From Bryobacterales bacterium (GTDB taxonomy: Bacteria; Acidobacteriota; Terriglobia; Bryobacterales; UBA6623), in contig OY729428.2 in assembly GCA_963422375.2 (NCBI GenBank), positions 704,001-768,000 on the forward strand: DNA of 64,000 nt, in the 5' to 3' direction. The translations under genes were made by a program, and so were the position numbers. The notes beneath the pieces were generated by a model. The model ran no database searches. It saw only the letters and a list, made by a program, of their open reading frames with translations, and was not told where the DNA came from. This document shows, in pieces, positions 11,890-23,149 of this stretch (positions are counted from its first letter, which is position 1; every line of letters starts with the position of its first letter).

Positions 11890-12354
11890 TCAGACTTCTT
11901 GGATGTCAGCGCTGATCTGGATGTTGATCGAGTCCTTCACGCTGACTGCCGCGGGGCACTTCGCCTGATGCGTGTCGAGCGCCCTCTGGGCGCGGTCGCG
12001 CGCCCCGACGGGGATCTTCAGGTGGTAATGCACACGGATGCGCGTGATGCGGATGGTGCCGCCAACGTTCTCGATGTCACCTTCCACGTCGCTCGAAACG
12101 CGGTCCGGATGGTTCGGAATCTTGCGAACTGCCAGGGCCCCTGACAGAGTGCCGGTCAGTCAACCGCCGACGGCCGCGACCATGTGGTCGAGCGTGGCCG
12201 GCAGATCCCTGCGGGGCTCCATGCGGTAGAAGTGCTTGATGCCGCCGTGGACGCCGAATTCCAAGGGGTCCTCGAAACCTTCCACGTAGGCGCGACGCTC
12301 CGGAGGCTGGTCCTGATGGATGCGAATCCTAGATGTGTGGATTATGTCTCCCAT
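11890..12354 (-). CDS. OsmC-family protein, probable selenoprotein (in-frame UGA at 12162-12160)
   Basis: ORFs 12160..12591 and 11890..12087 are in one frame, separated only by TGA: ...ATLDHMVAAVGG-U-LTGTLSGAL...HQAKCPAAVSV; 154 aa from ATG 12354. Confidence 0.82.
12129..12147 (-). promoter_or_regulatory. Candidate bacterial SECIS hairpin
   Basis: 12 nt after the UGA: CUGUCAGG-GGC-CCUGGCAG (8-bp stem with one G-U pair, G-rich apical loop). Confidence 0.55.
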
Positions 12355-12484
12355 TGGGAGCATCGTATCATGCCGCCCCCGTATCGGGTCGGATGCAAGG
12401 CTCATCGGCGCGCGAGCGAGACCCACTCCTCGGACTCGCGGGTGTCCATCGCAAGTCCACTCCGTCACATGCTGTCCCGGCCGC

Positions 12485-13100
12485 TCAGTGCGAGAGATCG
12501 AGAACCGAAGGATCGCGGCCCTCGCGAACGGGATAGTCCAGCCCGAGATGCTCGTTGAGTGCCCGCGCCGCGCCCGGGGGCCAGCGATCATCGGTCGGCT
12601 CGCGGACGCGGCGGGGGTCGTACCCCGCCACGTCCGCGAGCAAATACACGGGCCGCTCGGGAACCGTAGCCCGCCACTCGCGCAGGGCGTCCTTCAGGGA
12701 CGAGCCAGCCTCCCTGTCGTAGGCGGCCAGCGATGCGATTGCCATGTGCCGTCCTCTTCGCCAAGCGTCCGAGTACAGCTCAGCGACCCGTCCCTTTAGG
12801 CCGGGGTTGTCGCTCAGCACGGCCGCCATTTCACGGCGGAATACGCCGGCCTCCAGCCACCAGCGCGCGACCGACTCCGGGCTCGCGTCCGATCAGTGCT
12901 CCAACTTCAGCAGGTGCTGCACGGCCCGGGCACATAGCGAAGTCCACACACGCCGCTCGTTGCGTGCCAAGCCCTCGATCTCCTCGCTCACGTTCTCCAA
13001 GTCGACGGCGTCCCAGTCTCTCCGGCGGAGGAACTCTGCTTGGTGCTCCGCCCAAGTGAAGAGGTCCAACTGGTACAACCGTGCCTCCAGCCTGGCGGGC
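12485..13100 (-). pseudogene. DUF29 family protein interrupted by in-frame TGA (12895-12893)
   Basis: LYQLDLFTWAEHQAEFLR..DWDAVDLENVSEEIEGLAR..HLLKLEH* continues in frame SDASPESVARWW...LSDNPGLK; 5' end uncertain. Confidence 0.72.
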
Positions 13101-13768
13101 GGGCGGGCCTCTGACTCCTGCGGGAATCTACGGCACTCATCTGCGAGCGGGCTGCGCGAATCGGTGCGGAGCTGGGCTCTCTCCAGCAGCGCAAGCCGCG
13201 CCCGCCCGGGACGCCCACTCCCAATCTTTAGCGTCCACTCGGTCCGGCTCGTGGCGGCCCAGACCCACTCGCGGCCGCAGGCGGCGAGGAAGGCCCACAG
13301 GCTGAGGCGTTGCTGGAACCGGCTATCGGTCTCCGGGATAGGCGGATCGCGACGCCAGGTCCATGGCACTGTTACTCGATTCGCATGCCCTAGACAATAC
13401 AGTACATTGATGGAACTGGCTAAGTGATGCGGGAAGGTCCGCGAGATGCTAGCGACCAAGCGTCGATGACTAGGTGATTCGGCGGAGGCACGGCCGATGC
13501 GCTGCCACGCGGCTCCCGGTCAGGTACCCAAGCTTCGCGGGCTCCCCGGCTTCGGCCGGCCAGCGCTAGGGCTAGGATGCCGACCGCAGGCGATTCCTTT
13601 GACCCGCCCAGTATGGCCTTGGCCCGGCGCTGTGCCGGATATCGACACTGGTCTCGATGCGAACGAAGGGGTACGGATTGGTGGCGGGCCTTGGGGAGCG
13701 AGGGCTACAGGCTGACCATCCACTTCGTTCGGAACATACTCATCGGTGTCGGGTGCTGAACCCGAAGT

Positions 13769-15405
13769 CAGCGATTCAAAATTTTGGCACTTTGGGATTT
13801 CCAGGGTGTCTGAGAAGGGTGTCGAAGGCAGGCACTTGTACTTTTCCTCGCGGAATTTGTGAGCTAGGGTGTATGCCCCATGTCCTGGACGCGCTGCTGA
13901 GCGCCTTCCGCGAGACGGCCGCCGGCCGGCCCGACCGGCGCGACGGTCGCAACACGCGCTACGAGGTAAGCGACGCCGCCGGTTGCGCCCCGGCCTGCTT
14001 CTTCACCCAGTGCGAGTCGTTCCTCGCGTTCCGGCGACGCATGGAGCTGGACGGCTCCCACTCCAAAGGCCGGACCCTGTTCGGCGTGGGCCGCATCCCC
14101 TGCGACAACCGGATCCGCAACCTGCTCGACGGCCTCGACCCGGCCGCGTTCGACCCGCCGTTCCGGCCGTGCCTCCAAACCGTGGCCGCGCAGGGCACGC
14201 TCGAGCCCTTCCAGCGCCTCGACGAGCGCCTGCCGGCGGCTCCGGACGGCGTCCGGTTCCACCGCTCCGACACGATGCACTGCCCGCAGTGCTCGGTGCG
14301 GCGCGTCGACAGCGAGCGCCGGCCGCATCACTTCCACAGCATGGTCGCGGCCGTCGCGGTGGCCGACGGCCACGCCACCGTCCTGCCGCTGATGCCCGAG
14401 TTCGCGTGCCCGCTGCAGGCCGCGGCCGCGACCCGCGCCGACATGAGCGAGGGCGAGCGCAAGCGGGACTGCGAGCGCAACGCCGCCAAGCGCTGGCTCG
14501 CCGCTCACGGCGCCTGGCTGCCGCCCCGTCCTGCCGCCCCGTCCTGCCGGGCGACGACCTGTACTGCTGCCAGCCGGTCTGCGAGGCCGCCGCGGCGGCC
14601 GGCATGGACTGCATCCGGGTATGCAAGCCCCGATCCCACAAGTGCTTGGATGAGGTGCTGGAGAGCCGGCGCAGTGCGATCGGCCGGCTGGCTGCCACGG
14701 CCCGGGCCGGGCAAGCGGTCCGAGCGGCACCGCTTCCGCCGGGCGGCCGCGGCGCCCCTGCGCAAGGGCCGCGGCGCCCTGCACGGCACTTGGATCGAGT
14801 ACGCCGTGAAGCACGGCGGCAAGCGCACCTGCGCCAACAGCTGCTTCACCAGTCTGGAGGTCCCCGCGAACAACGCGGAGCGGATCGCGCGGGCCGGCCT
14901 GGCACGCCGGAAGATCGAGAACGAGGGCTTCAACTGCCTGGCACGGCACGGCCGCAACTTCGAGCGCAAGTTCGGGCACGGCAAGGCCGAGCCGGCCAAC
15001 GTGCCGGCCGTGCTGAACCTATTCGCCTCCGTGCTCCATGCCGTGCTGGAGTGCGTCTGCGCGCTGCGGCAGCAGTGCCGCCGCAAGCAGGTCACGCGCC
15101 GCGGCTTATTCCGGTAGCTGCAGGCCGCGCTGCTCTAGTTCCGCTTCCCGGACTGGCCGACTCCGCTGGGGGCGGTGCGAGACGGACGCACGCCGCCGGA
15201 CTGCCGGGGCCTGGACTCCACGCAGCTTCCTGCCGGCAGCGTCCGGCCCCGGGCTCGGCACTAGGTGGACCGTGCCACAGCCCTGCCAGCAGTCCGACGC
15301 TCTCGCGGGGCGGCCTCACTAGCGCGACCTCTCGGTCAAGCGGTTCATCTCATCCTCCCAATCAACGTTCATGCACCCCCTTGATGGCCAAATCTAGGAT
15401 CGCTG
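13769..15405 (+). mobile_element. IS element copy 1 (ISNCY-type DDE transposase, degraded)
   Basis: Imperfect TIRs CAGCGATTCAAAATTTTGG (13769) and CCAAATCTAGGATCGCTG (ending 15405); transposase from ATG 13873 (PDRR..NTRY, DCERNAAKRW, KIENEGFN) with frameshifts and stops. Confidence 0.82.
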
Positions 15406-15755
15406 CCCGCCGGTGCAATTCCTGCCGCTCGGCAGGAGGCACGTCGAGGATCTCGATCGGTCGCGCCATCGGGCGAGCAGTCATTCTGCTCGGCCCCAAA
15501 GTAGCACCTAGCGGAGTTAATTGCCCCTATTTCTGCGTCGCGACACGGGCGAGCCTGTCGCGACAAGCCGGTCTGAACGAACGTCGGGGACGCTCCGGCC
15601 CGGGACCGCTGGCTCCAGCCAGCGCCGCGCGACCGCCGTACAGGATTCCTCGAGATGGCGGCGATGGCCTGCCGGACCGATCGCGAGCGTCTTGGCAGGG
15701 ACGGGGCCTAGCGAGACGGCTCATATAATCGGACCGAGGAGCGGAGGGCCCCAAG

Positions 15756-17332
15756 ATGCGTTTCTTCAACACCGAGGGACCGGTTGTGCCCGCGAAGCAC
15801 TACTGCATACCGCCCTTGAAACGAATCGACTTGGACGGGGTGCTCGGGCTGATCCGTCGCGAGAGGTATTTTATCCTGCACGCACCGCGGCAGTCGGGCA
15901 AGACCTCCACCCTACTGGCGCTACAGGACCTGCTGAACAGCGGGGCGCAAGGAGACTACCGCTGCGTCTACGTCAATGTCGAAAGCGGCCAGGCGGGACG
16001 GGAGGACACGCCTAGGACTATGCGCGCAATCCTGTCCGCTCTCGCAGACCGCGCCGAGGTGGCGTTGGAGGACACCTTCATCGACAGGACCATGGACGAG
16101 GCCCTGAGGAATCGCGGACCCGACGGCGCACTGATGTACATTCTGCGACGGTGGCTCGGGCGGATGCCCAGCCCTTGGTGCTGCTGATCGACGAGATAGA
16201 CGCGCTGGTGGGCGACACGCTGATCTCAGTGCTGCGCCAGCTGCGCTCGGGCTACGACCTGCGACCCAAGGGATTCCCCCAGAGCATTGTCCTGTGCGGG
16301 GTGCGTAACCTTCGGGACTACCGCATCCACTCTGGCTCGACGGGCGACAACGTAGCGGGAGGCAGCGCCTTCAACGTCAGCGCCAAGTCGCTGCGGGTCG
16401 GCTCGTTCTGCCACGAGGAAGTTGTCGAGCTGCTGGGTCAGCACACGGCGGAGACGGGCCAGGCTTTCTCCGGCGGGGCGCTGGAGCGGATCTGGAGCCG
16501 CACTCTGGGCCAGCCGTGGCTCGTGAACGCGCTGTGCCTGGAGGCCTGCTTCGAGAGAGCGCGTGGGATGGACCGCGCCCGGGCGATCGGCCTCGAGGAC
16601 ATCGCCGAAGCAGAGGAGGCGCTGATCCAGCGTCGGGTGGTGCATCTGGACCAGCTCGCGGACAAGCTGCAGGAAGAGCGCGTGCGACGGGTGATCGAGC
16701 CCATCCTCAGCGGCACGGCGCAGGGCAAAGTCAGGGGGCGCGACTTGGAGTACGTCCGGGACCTCGGACTGGTGGCACTAGACCCGCCGGTGCGAGTCGC
16801 CAACCCGATCTACGCCGAGGTGGTGCCGCGGGAACTGACATTCGTCACTCAGGCGACCCTCCAAGTCCAGACCGCTTGGTACGTCAGACAAGACGGAAGC
16901 CTTGACATAGAGGCGCTTCTGGCAGGCTTCCAAGAGTTCTACTGGCAGCATTCCGAGCACTGGATTGGGCGCTACACATACAAGGAGGCGGGTGCGCAGT
17001 TGCTCTTGCAGGCGTATCTGCAGCGGGTCGTCAACGGCGGCGGCCGCATCGAGCGCGAGTACGTACTGGGGCGCGGCCGCACCGACCTGCTGATACTGTG
17101 GCCTGCTGGCGCCTCGGACCGGAAGTTCGTGGTGGAATGCAAGCTCCGCAGGGACGGCTTGGAGCGCACGGTGCGAGAGGGCTTGGAGCAGACGGCGGGC
17201 TACATGGACCGCTGCGGCGCCGAAGCGGGCCACCTCGTGGTGTTCGACCGCAGCAGGAGGCCGTGGGGAGAGAAGCTGTTCCGTCGCAGCGAGGATTTCG
17301 ACGGCACGACGATTCAAGTTTGGGGTGCTTGA
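15756..17332 (+). pseudogene. AAA-like ATPase with C-terminal PD-(D/E)XK domain, frameshifted near 16153
   Basis: FFNTEGP, HAPRQSGKTS Walker A in one frame; LLIDEID Walker B and GRTDL...VVECK in the next; restoring one G in TGG(G)CT joins them. Confidence 0.82.
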
Positions 17333-17426
17333 CGCCCTCGACCGCTGCCGGCGGGGCCGCCCCGTGGACAGCCCCCCGGCGCGGTACAATGTTGCTGGCG
17401 CGACGCTGGTGCGCCATTGCCTGCGG

Positions 17427-18233
17427 ATGCATCGATTCATCGGAAAGAACATTCTCGTGACCGGCGCGTCCGCCGGGATCGGAGAGGCGATCGCTCTGCG
17501 ATTCGCCCAGGAGGGCGGCAGCGTCGTCATCAACTACAGCCGGAATGACGAGGGGGCAGCCAACTCGGCCGAGCAGGTGCGGCAGGCGCACGCCGACGGC
17601 GGTTTCGACGGCGCCCGCACGCTAGTTCACAAGGCGGACGTCTCGGACGAGCCCTCGGTCAAGGCGATGTTCGAGGCCGTGCTCGGCGAGTGGGGCCGCT
17701 TGGACGTGATGATCAATAACGCCGGCATCCAGAAGGCGGCCGAGAGCGACGCCAGCCTCACCGCGGACTTCGACAGAATCCTGGGCGTCAACCTGCGCGG
17801 CTGCTACATGTGCAGCCGGGAGGCCATCAAGCACTTCCTAGCCCGCCCGGGTGGCGGAGTGATTGTCAACAATTCCAGCGTCCACGAGATCATTCCCAAG
17901 CCGCAGTACCTGTCCTATTCAATCTCCAAGGGCGGCATGGAGAACCTGACCCGCACGCTGGCTCTCGAATACGCCGACCGCGGCATCCGTGTCAACGCTG
18001 TCGGCCCAGGAGCCATAGTGACGCCCATCAACATGGCCTGGATCAACGACCCGGACGCCAAAGGGGTCGTCGAATCGCACATTCCGATGGGGCGGGCCGG
18101 CGAGTCGGCCGAGATCGCGGCAGCGTTCGCCTTCCTCGCTTCCGAGGAAGCGTCGTACATCACGGGCCAGACGCTATTCGCCTGCGGCGGGCTGACCCTG
18201 TTCCCGGAATTCCGCACAACTTGGTCCTCGTAA
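17427..18233 (+). CDS. SDR oxidoreductase, glucose 1-dehydrogenase-like
   Basis: TGASAGIG, NNAGIQ, SSVHEIIP, YSISKGG, GPGAIVTPIN. Confidence 0.9.
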   Translation: MHRFIGKNILVTGASAGIGEAIALRFAQEGGSVVINYSRNDEGAANSAEQVRQAHADGGFDGARTLVHKADVSDEPSVKAMFEAVLGEWGRLDVMINNAGIQKAAESDASLTADFDRILGVNLRGCYMCSREAIKHFLARPGGGVIVNNSSVHEIIPKPQYLSYSISKGGMENLTRTLALEYADRGIRVNAVGPGAIVTPINMAWINDPDAKGVVESHIPMGRAGESAEIAAAFAFLASEEASYITGQTLFACGGLTLFPEFRTTWSS

Positions 18234-18249
18234 GACCGGCAGCACCAGC

Positions 18250-20043
18250 ATGGCGCTAGGTCAGTCGACCGACGCGCCGGGCGGCGCGAGCCGTCGCACC
18301 GCGTCGCGGGTAGCGGCTGTCGCAACGCTGGTTGCCTGCGTCATCGCGCTCTTCTGGCGACTGGACGGAGTCCCTCTCTGGCGGGACGAGGCGACCACCG
18401 CAGTCTGGGGTCGCCTGATGGCCGAGACCGGCTCGGCGCTGCCCTACGCGTTCGACCCGCGCCAGGGCCAGCTGCTGGTGCAGGACGACGACGGGCACGA
18501 CATCAACTCGCGCCTCCTGCCGGCGATGCAGAGCTACCTGCAGGTCTACGTTTCCGCCGTCGGTCACCGGCTGCTCGGCGACGGCACGCTCCAAGCGCGG
18601 CTCCCCTTCGCCCTGGCGGGCCTCTGCGCGCTGGCGCTGCTCTACTTTTTGGGGCGCCAGCTCGGCGGGCCGAGCTGGCTGCCGCTCGCCCTCCCGCTCT
18701 CTGCCAGCCTGTCGATCTACTTCCTACACGCCGCGCGCCAAGGGCGCTACTACATCCTGGTCGTCGTCGCCACGGTGCTGCTGCTGGTCCAAGTTGCCCG
18801 GTACTTGCGGGACACCGACCTCGGCTCCCGCTGGTCGTTCCACGCGCAGCTGTGCATGGTCGGCTGCCTGCTGTACGGCGCGAACTATCTCAGCTTCGCC
18901 GCCACCTGGTTCGCTCTCGGGATATTCTTCCTGCTCACGGACCGGCCGACGCTGCTGCGCCTGTGCGGCGCGTCGGCTGTCCTCGCGCTAGTGCTGGGCG
19001 CGGAGTTCTGGCTCTTGCACGCGGAATACCTCACCGCGTGGCGGCCGGGCACCGAGAACACCTTCTGGGAGAACTTCCGTTACATCGCGGCGCGGCGCGG
19101 CGCGGAATACTGGCGCTGGGTCCCGTTTGTGGTCCTCGCCCCGGCCGCCGTCCTGGCGGCCGGGTCGCTGCGCCCGGCGGTGTCGGCAACGCAGCGGGCC
19201 CTGCTCTGGGCCGCCGCGGCGGTTCCGCTGCTAGGGTTCGTCATCAGGGAGCGCTGGCTGCGAGATACGCCGGACGCCGTTTTCGTCCTGTTCGCGCTGC
19301 TCTTCCTCGCCGTGCCTGCCGCTGCGTACTTCCTGTGGACTCGCATCGAGCGCCCCGGAGCCGTGGCGCGCATGGCCCTGCTGGCCGGGCTCATCGTGGT
19401 CCTGTGCCCGCTCTTCACGGTCGCCGCGGCCGGTCGCGGCACCCTGCCCCGGTACTACTACCAGACCTGTCCGGCCGCGGTGGTCCTGATCTGCCTCGCC
19501 GCTGCGGCGCTCGACGGCGCCGGACGGCGCCGGGCGGCGTTTGCCTGCCTGGCCGGCGCCAGCCTGTGGCCTAACCTCGATCTGGCGGGAGGCGGCACAG
19601 AGCAGGTCGTGCTCAGGCAGATCACCCGCTACGACGAGCACAACGGCCGGCTGCTCGAGTTCCTGTCCGCCCGCACCCGGCCCGGCGACAGCATCGCCTA
19701 TTTCCGCAACGTCAAGGGCATGGTCGGGCATTACTACCTGCCCGAGCGCCGCTGGGTGAACCTGCTCGATGCCGATGTCGAATACAACCGGCGCTTCCGA
19801 GGCAAGATCCCGGCCGACCAGTTCGACGACTCTCCGGACCCGGACTGGTTCGTGCTCTGGGACACCAAGGGCAGGACGCCGAAGGCGCTCGACGAACGCT
19901 ACGAGCGCGTGTGGACGCAGACCTACGCGGAACTGCGCAGCGCCTGGCGGCTAGGATCCGAGCGGCGCGACCGCACCTACGAGGTCTACCGGCTGCGGGC
20001 GGCGCCGTCAGCCGCGCAAGCCGACGCCGAGCTTGGACCGTAG
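18250..20043 (+). CDS. Polytopic membrane glycosyltransferase (GT-C, ArnT/PMT-like)
   Basis: LWRDEA motif after the first TM, ARLPFALAG, ARQGRYY, many hydrophobic segments. Confidence 0.65.
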   Translation: MALGQSTDAPGGASRRTASRVAAVATLVACVIALFWRLDGVPLWRDEATTAVWGRLMAETGSALPYAFDPRQGQLLVQDDDGHDINSRLLPAMQSYLQVYVSAVGHRLLGDGTLQARLPFALAGLCALALLYFLGRQLGGPSWLPLALPLSASLSIYFLHAARQGRYYILVVVATVLLLVQVARYLRDTDLGSRWSFHAQLCMVGCLLYGANYLSFAATWFALGIFFLLTDRPTLLRLCGASAVLALVLGAEFWLLHAEYLTAWRPGTENTFWENFRYIAARRGAEYWRWVPFVVLAPAAVLAAGSLRPAVSATQRALLWAAAAVPLLGFVIRERWLRDTPDAVFVLFALLFLAVPAAAYFLWTRIERPGAVARMALLAGLIVVLCPLFTVAAAGRGTLPRYYYQTCPAAVVLICLAAAALDGAGRRRAAFACLAGASLWPNLDLAGGGTEQVVLRQITRYDEHNGRLLEFLSARTRPGDSIAYFRNVKGMVGHYYLPERRWVNLLDADVEYNRRFRGKIPADQFDDSPDPDWFVLWDTKGRTPKALDERYERVWTQTYAELRSAWRLGSERRDRTYEVYRLRAAPSAAQADAELGP

Positions 20044-22041
20044 GGACGCCAGCACGTTCGCGGCGGCGGCGTTCACCGCCTCGTCCGTCAGGCTCTCGTC
20101 CAGCCGCTGCCACGAGGCGCGCAGCAGCAGGCTGTAGAAGCCGTCGGGCACCTTCGCCCCCCGGAATATCTCCACCGGCTCCAGCTCGACGAGGTCCGGC
20201 ACCTCGCCGACCGCCTCGACGATGCCCCGGAACTCCACGCCGTCCGGCACCAGCAGCGAGAAATCGCGGCTGACGGCGGGCACGCGCGGGAGCGCCGCGT
20301 GGCGCGGGGCGCGGAGCCCGGCACGACAGAGCGGGTCAAGGCGGATCTCGGCGACCAGCACGGCCTGCCGGATCTTCCGCTCCTTGGCAATGGCCGGGTC
20401 GATCTCTCCGAACGTGGCGATCACCTCGCCCCCGGCCCGCACGGTCGCGGCGCGACCGCGCCGGAAATGGCCCGGAACGCCCTCCGCGTCGAATTCCAGC
20501 CCGCCCGTCGCGAAGGGCCGGACCAAGGCGACCACATCGCCCTTCAGGTCGTAGAAGTCGAACGGACGCGAAGGTTCGCTCCACGCCGGGCGGCGGGCGG
20601 AGCCCGTCGCGCCCAGCGTCAGCACGCGGGGCTCTTCGTAGCTCTCCCCCGAGCGCAGGTACACGCGCCCGAACTCCGCCAGGCGCACCCGCGACTGGCC
20701 GCGCCGGAGGTTCCGCTCCAGGGCGCGAATCATCGTCGGCACCGCGCTGTTGCGCATCGCGCCCCAATGGCTCGAGAGCGGGTTGCGCAGGGCGACGGCC
20801 TCCGAGCCGCCGAAGCGGCGCGCCTCGGCGGCCGAAACGAACGCGAAGCCGATCGTCTCGTCGTATCCCAGACCGCGCACGGCGGCGCGCAGTCTCGCGT
20901 CCTCCTCGCCATGCGGGCTGGAGTCCGGCGCCGTGCCCGCGGGCGGCAGCGTAGCCGGTATGTTCTCGAACCCGAAGATCCTCGCGATCTCCTCGATCAG
21001 GTCGATCTCCCGCTTCACGTCCAAGCGCCAGCTGACTGCCGGCACGGTCCAGCCTCCCTCGTCCGCGACCGGACGGAATCCGAGGTGCCCGAGGATCGCC
21101 GCGACATCCGCATCGTCAACCGAGACGCCCAAGTGGCGGCGGACGCGTTCCCTGCGGAGACGGATATCAGGCAGGGACCGCTCGCTCGGATAGCAATCCA
21201 CGCGGCCCGGCAGCACCGCGCCGCCTGCGAGTTCAGCGAGGAGCGCCGCGATGCGGTCGGCCGCCCTTGGCGCTCCGTTCCAGTCCGCGCCGCGCTCGAA
21301 GCGCCGCGACGCCTCGGTGAACAGCCTGAAGTGGCGCGAGGCGTTCCGCACGGCGGACGGGCGGAACCAGGCGGCCTCGAGCAGGACATTCCTGGTGTCG
21401 TCCGTGATCTGCGTGGACGCGCCGCCCATCACGCCCGCGAGGGCGACCGGCCCCTCGTCGTCGCAGATGGCGAGATGGTCCGCCGAGAGATCCCGGCGGG
21501 TCCCGTCCAGCGTCACCAGCGCCTCGCCGGGCCGGCCCTTGCGGACGACGATCCGCCCTGCCCCCAGCGCGTCAAGGTCGAAAGCGTGCGAGGGCTGGCC
21601 CATTTCCAGCATCACGTAGTTGGTGAGATCCGCCAGAAGGTTGATCGATCGGACGCCGCAGAGCTCCAGCCGTCGGCTCATCCAGCCGGGCGCGGGCCGC
21701 ACCTGCACGTCCGTGAAGACCCGCCCGACGTAGCGCAGGCAGGACAGGGCGTCGTCGATCTCGATGGAGACGCGGTCGGCCGCAGGAGGGCCGGACTCCC
21801 TGACGTCCGCCCGCGGCAGGCGCAGGGGCCGGCGGTAGATCGCGGCGACCTCCCGGGCGACGCCGACGTGGTTCATGGCGTCGGGGCGGTTGCTGGTCAG
21901 GTCGAAGACCAGGACGGTCTCGCCCTCCCGCTCTTCCACCGCGTCGACCGCAAGCCCGGCCATGGTCAGGGCGCGCGCGAGCTCGCGCGGAGACTCGTCG
22001 GTCTCCACGAACTCCCGCAGCCAGCTCAGCAGGATGCGCAT
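20008..22041 (-). CDS. pheT: Phenylalanine--tRNA ligase beta subunit (short form)
   Basis: MRILLSWLREF, NRPD, TNYVMLEMGQPSHAFD, REIDLIEEIARIFG, C-terminal FDX-ACB (RDFSLL). Confidence 0.96.
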   Translation of the reverse strand: MRILLSWLREFVETDESPRELARALTMAGLAVDAVEEREGETVLVFDLTSNRPDAMNHVGVAREVAAIYRRPLRLPRADVRESGPPAADRVSIEIDDALSCLRYVGRVFTDVQVRPAPGWMSRRLELCGVRSINLLADLTNYVMLEMGQPSHAFDLDALGAGRIVVRKGRPGEALVTLDGTRRDLSADHLAICDDEGPVALAGVMGGASTQITDDTRNVLLEAAWFRPSAVRNASRHFRLFTEASRRFERGADWNGAPRAADRIAALLAELAGGAVLPGRVDCYPSERSLPDIRLRRERVRRHLGVSVDDADVAAILGHLGFRPVADEGGWTVPAVSWRLDVKREIDLIEEIARIFGFENIPATLPPAGTAPDSSPHGEEDARLRAAVRGLGYDETIGFAFVSAAEARRFGGSEAVALRNPLSSHWGAMRNSAVPTMIRALERNLRRGQSRVRLAEFGRVYLRSGESYEEPRVLTLGATGSARRPAWSEPSRPFDFYDLKGDVVALVRPFATGGLEFDAEGVPGHFRRGRAATVRAGGEVIATFGEIDPAIAKERKIRQAVLVAEIRLDPLCRAGLRAPRHAALPRVPAVSRDFSLLVPDGVEFRGIVEAVGEVPDLVELEPVEIFRGAKVPDGFYSLLLRASWQRLDESLTDEAVNAAAANVLASLRSKLGVGLRG

Positions 22042-23118
22042 CTAACGGAACTGCCTCAGGAATCGCGAGTCGCCCTGGTACATCAGCTGGATGTCGTCGA
22101 TGCCGTACTTGAGCATCGCGAAGCGGTCGAGACCGAATCCCGCCGCGAAGCCCTGGTGCCGCTGCGGGTCGATGCCGGCGTTGCGCAGGACCTCGGGATC
22201 GATCATGCCGCAGCCCAGCACCTCGATGAAGCCGGTCTCCTTGCAAATGCGGCAGCCGCCGCCCGCGCAGAACGGGCAGGTGATGTCCACCTCGGCGCTC
22301 GGCTCGGTGAACGGGAAGTAGCTCGGGCGGAAGCGCGCCTCGGTCCGCGGCCCGAAGAACCGCCGCACGAAATGCTCCAAGGTCCCCTTGAGGTCGCCGA
22401 GCGTGATGTGGGTGTCGACCGCAAACATCTCGAGCTGGTGGAACATCGGGCTGTGGGTCGCGTCGGGGGTGTCGTTGCGGTAGACCTTGCCGTGAACCAC
22501 GTAGCGCATGGGCGGGCGCCGGGACTCCATGACGCGGATCTGGCACGGCGAAGTATGGGTCCGCAGCAGGCCGCCGCCCTCGACGAACAGCGTGTCCATC
22601 TCGTCCACAGCCGGATGGTCGGGGGGGAAGTTGAGCGCCTCGAAGTTGTAGAAGTACGACTCGATCTCGGGGCCCTCGGCCACGGAATAGCCGAGCGGCC
22701 GGAAAACCTCGAGGACCTCCTCGAGCGCCATCCGGATCGGATGGACCGCTCCGAGATCGCGCGGCGGTCCCGGCAGCGTCGGATCCAGGCCGGGCCCGGC
22801 AGCGACTCGCACCGCGACGTCCCGCGCGGCGCGCTTGACGGCGGCCTCGACATCCCGCCGCAAGACGTTCTGGAGCCTGCCGACAGCCGGTTTCAGCGCG
22901 CGGGGCGCCGGTTTCAGCCAGCGCTCGTTCGCGGCCGCGAGCAGGCCGTTGCGTCGCCCGAGCCAGCGATCCCGCAGCGCCCGGGCCCGCTCGTCGGTGG
23001 TCGCCGCGACGCAGTCTTGCTCGAAGGCCGCCCGCAGCTCTGCGTAGAGGCCTTCCGGCGAGTCGCCCGCCGCCACGAGGTCGGCGATGGGGCGCTCGAG
23101 CTTGCCGCGGACCGACAC
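22042..23118 (-). CDS. pheS: Phenylalanine--tRNA ligase alpha subunit
   Basis: LRTHTSP, DATHSPMFHQLE, FRPSYFPFTEPS, GFAAGFGLDR; start uncertain (GTG 23118). Confidence 0.96.
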   Translation of the reverse strand: MSVRGKLERPIADLVAAGDSPEGLYAELRAAFEQDCVAATTDERARALRDRWLGRRNGLLAAANERWLKPAPRALKPAVGRLQNVLRRDVEAAVKRAARDVAVRVAAGPGLDPTLPGPPRDLGAVHPIRMALEEVLEVFRPLGYSVAEGPEIESYFYNFEALNFPPDHPAVDEMDTLFVEGGGLLRTHTSPCQIRVMESRRPPMRYVVHGKVYRNDTPDATHSPMFHQLEMFAVDTHITLGDLKGTLEHFVRRFFGPRTEARFRPSYFPFTEPSAEVDITCPFCAGGGCRICKETGFIEVLGCGMIDPEVLRNAGIDPQRHQGFAAGFGLDRFAMLKYGIDDIQLMYQGDSRFLRQFR

Positions 23119-23149
23119 CCCGCCCTGCGCGCCTCGCGCCGGGATCAAG

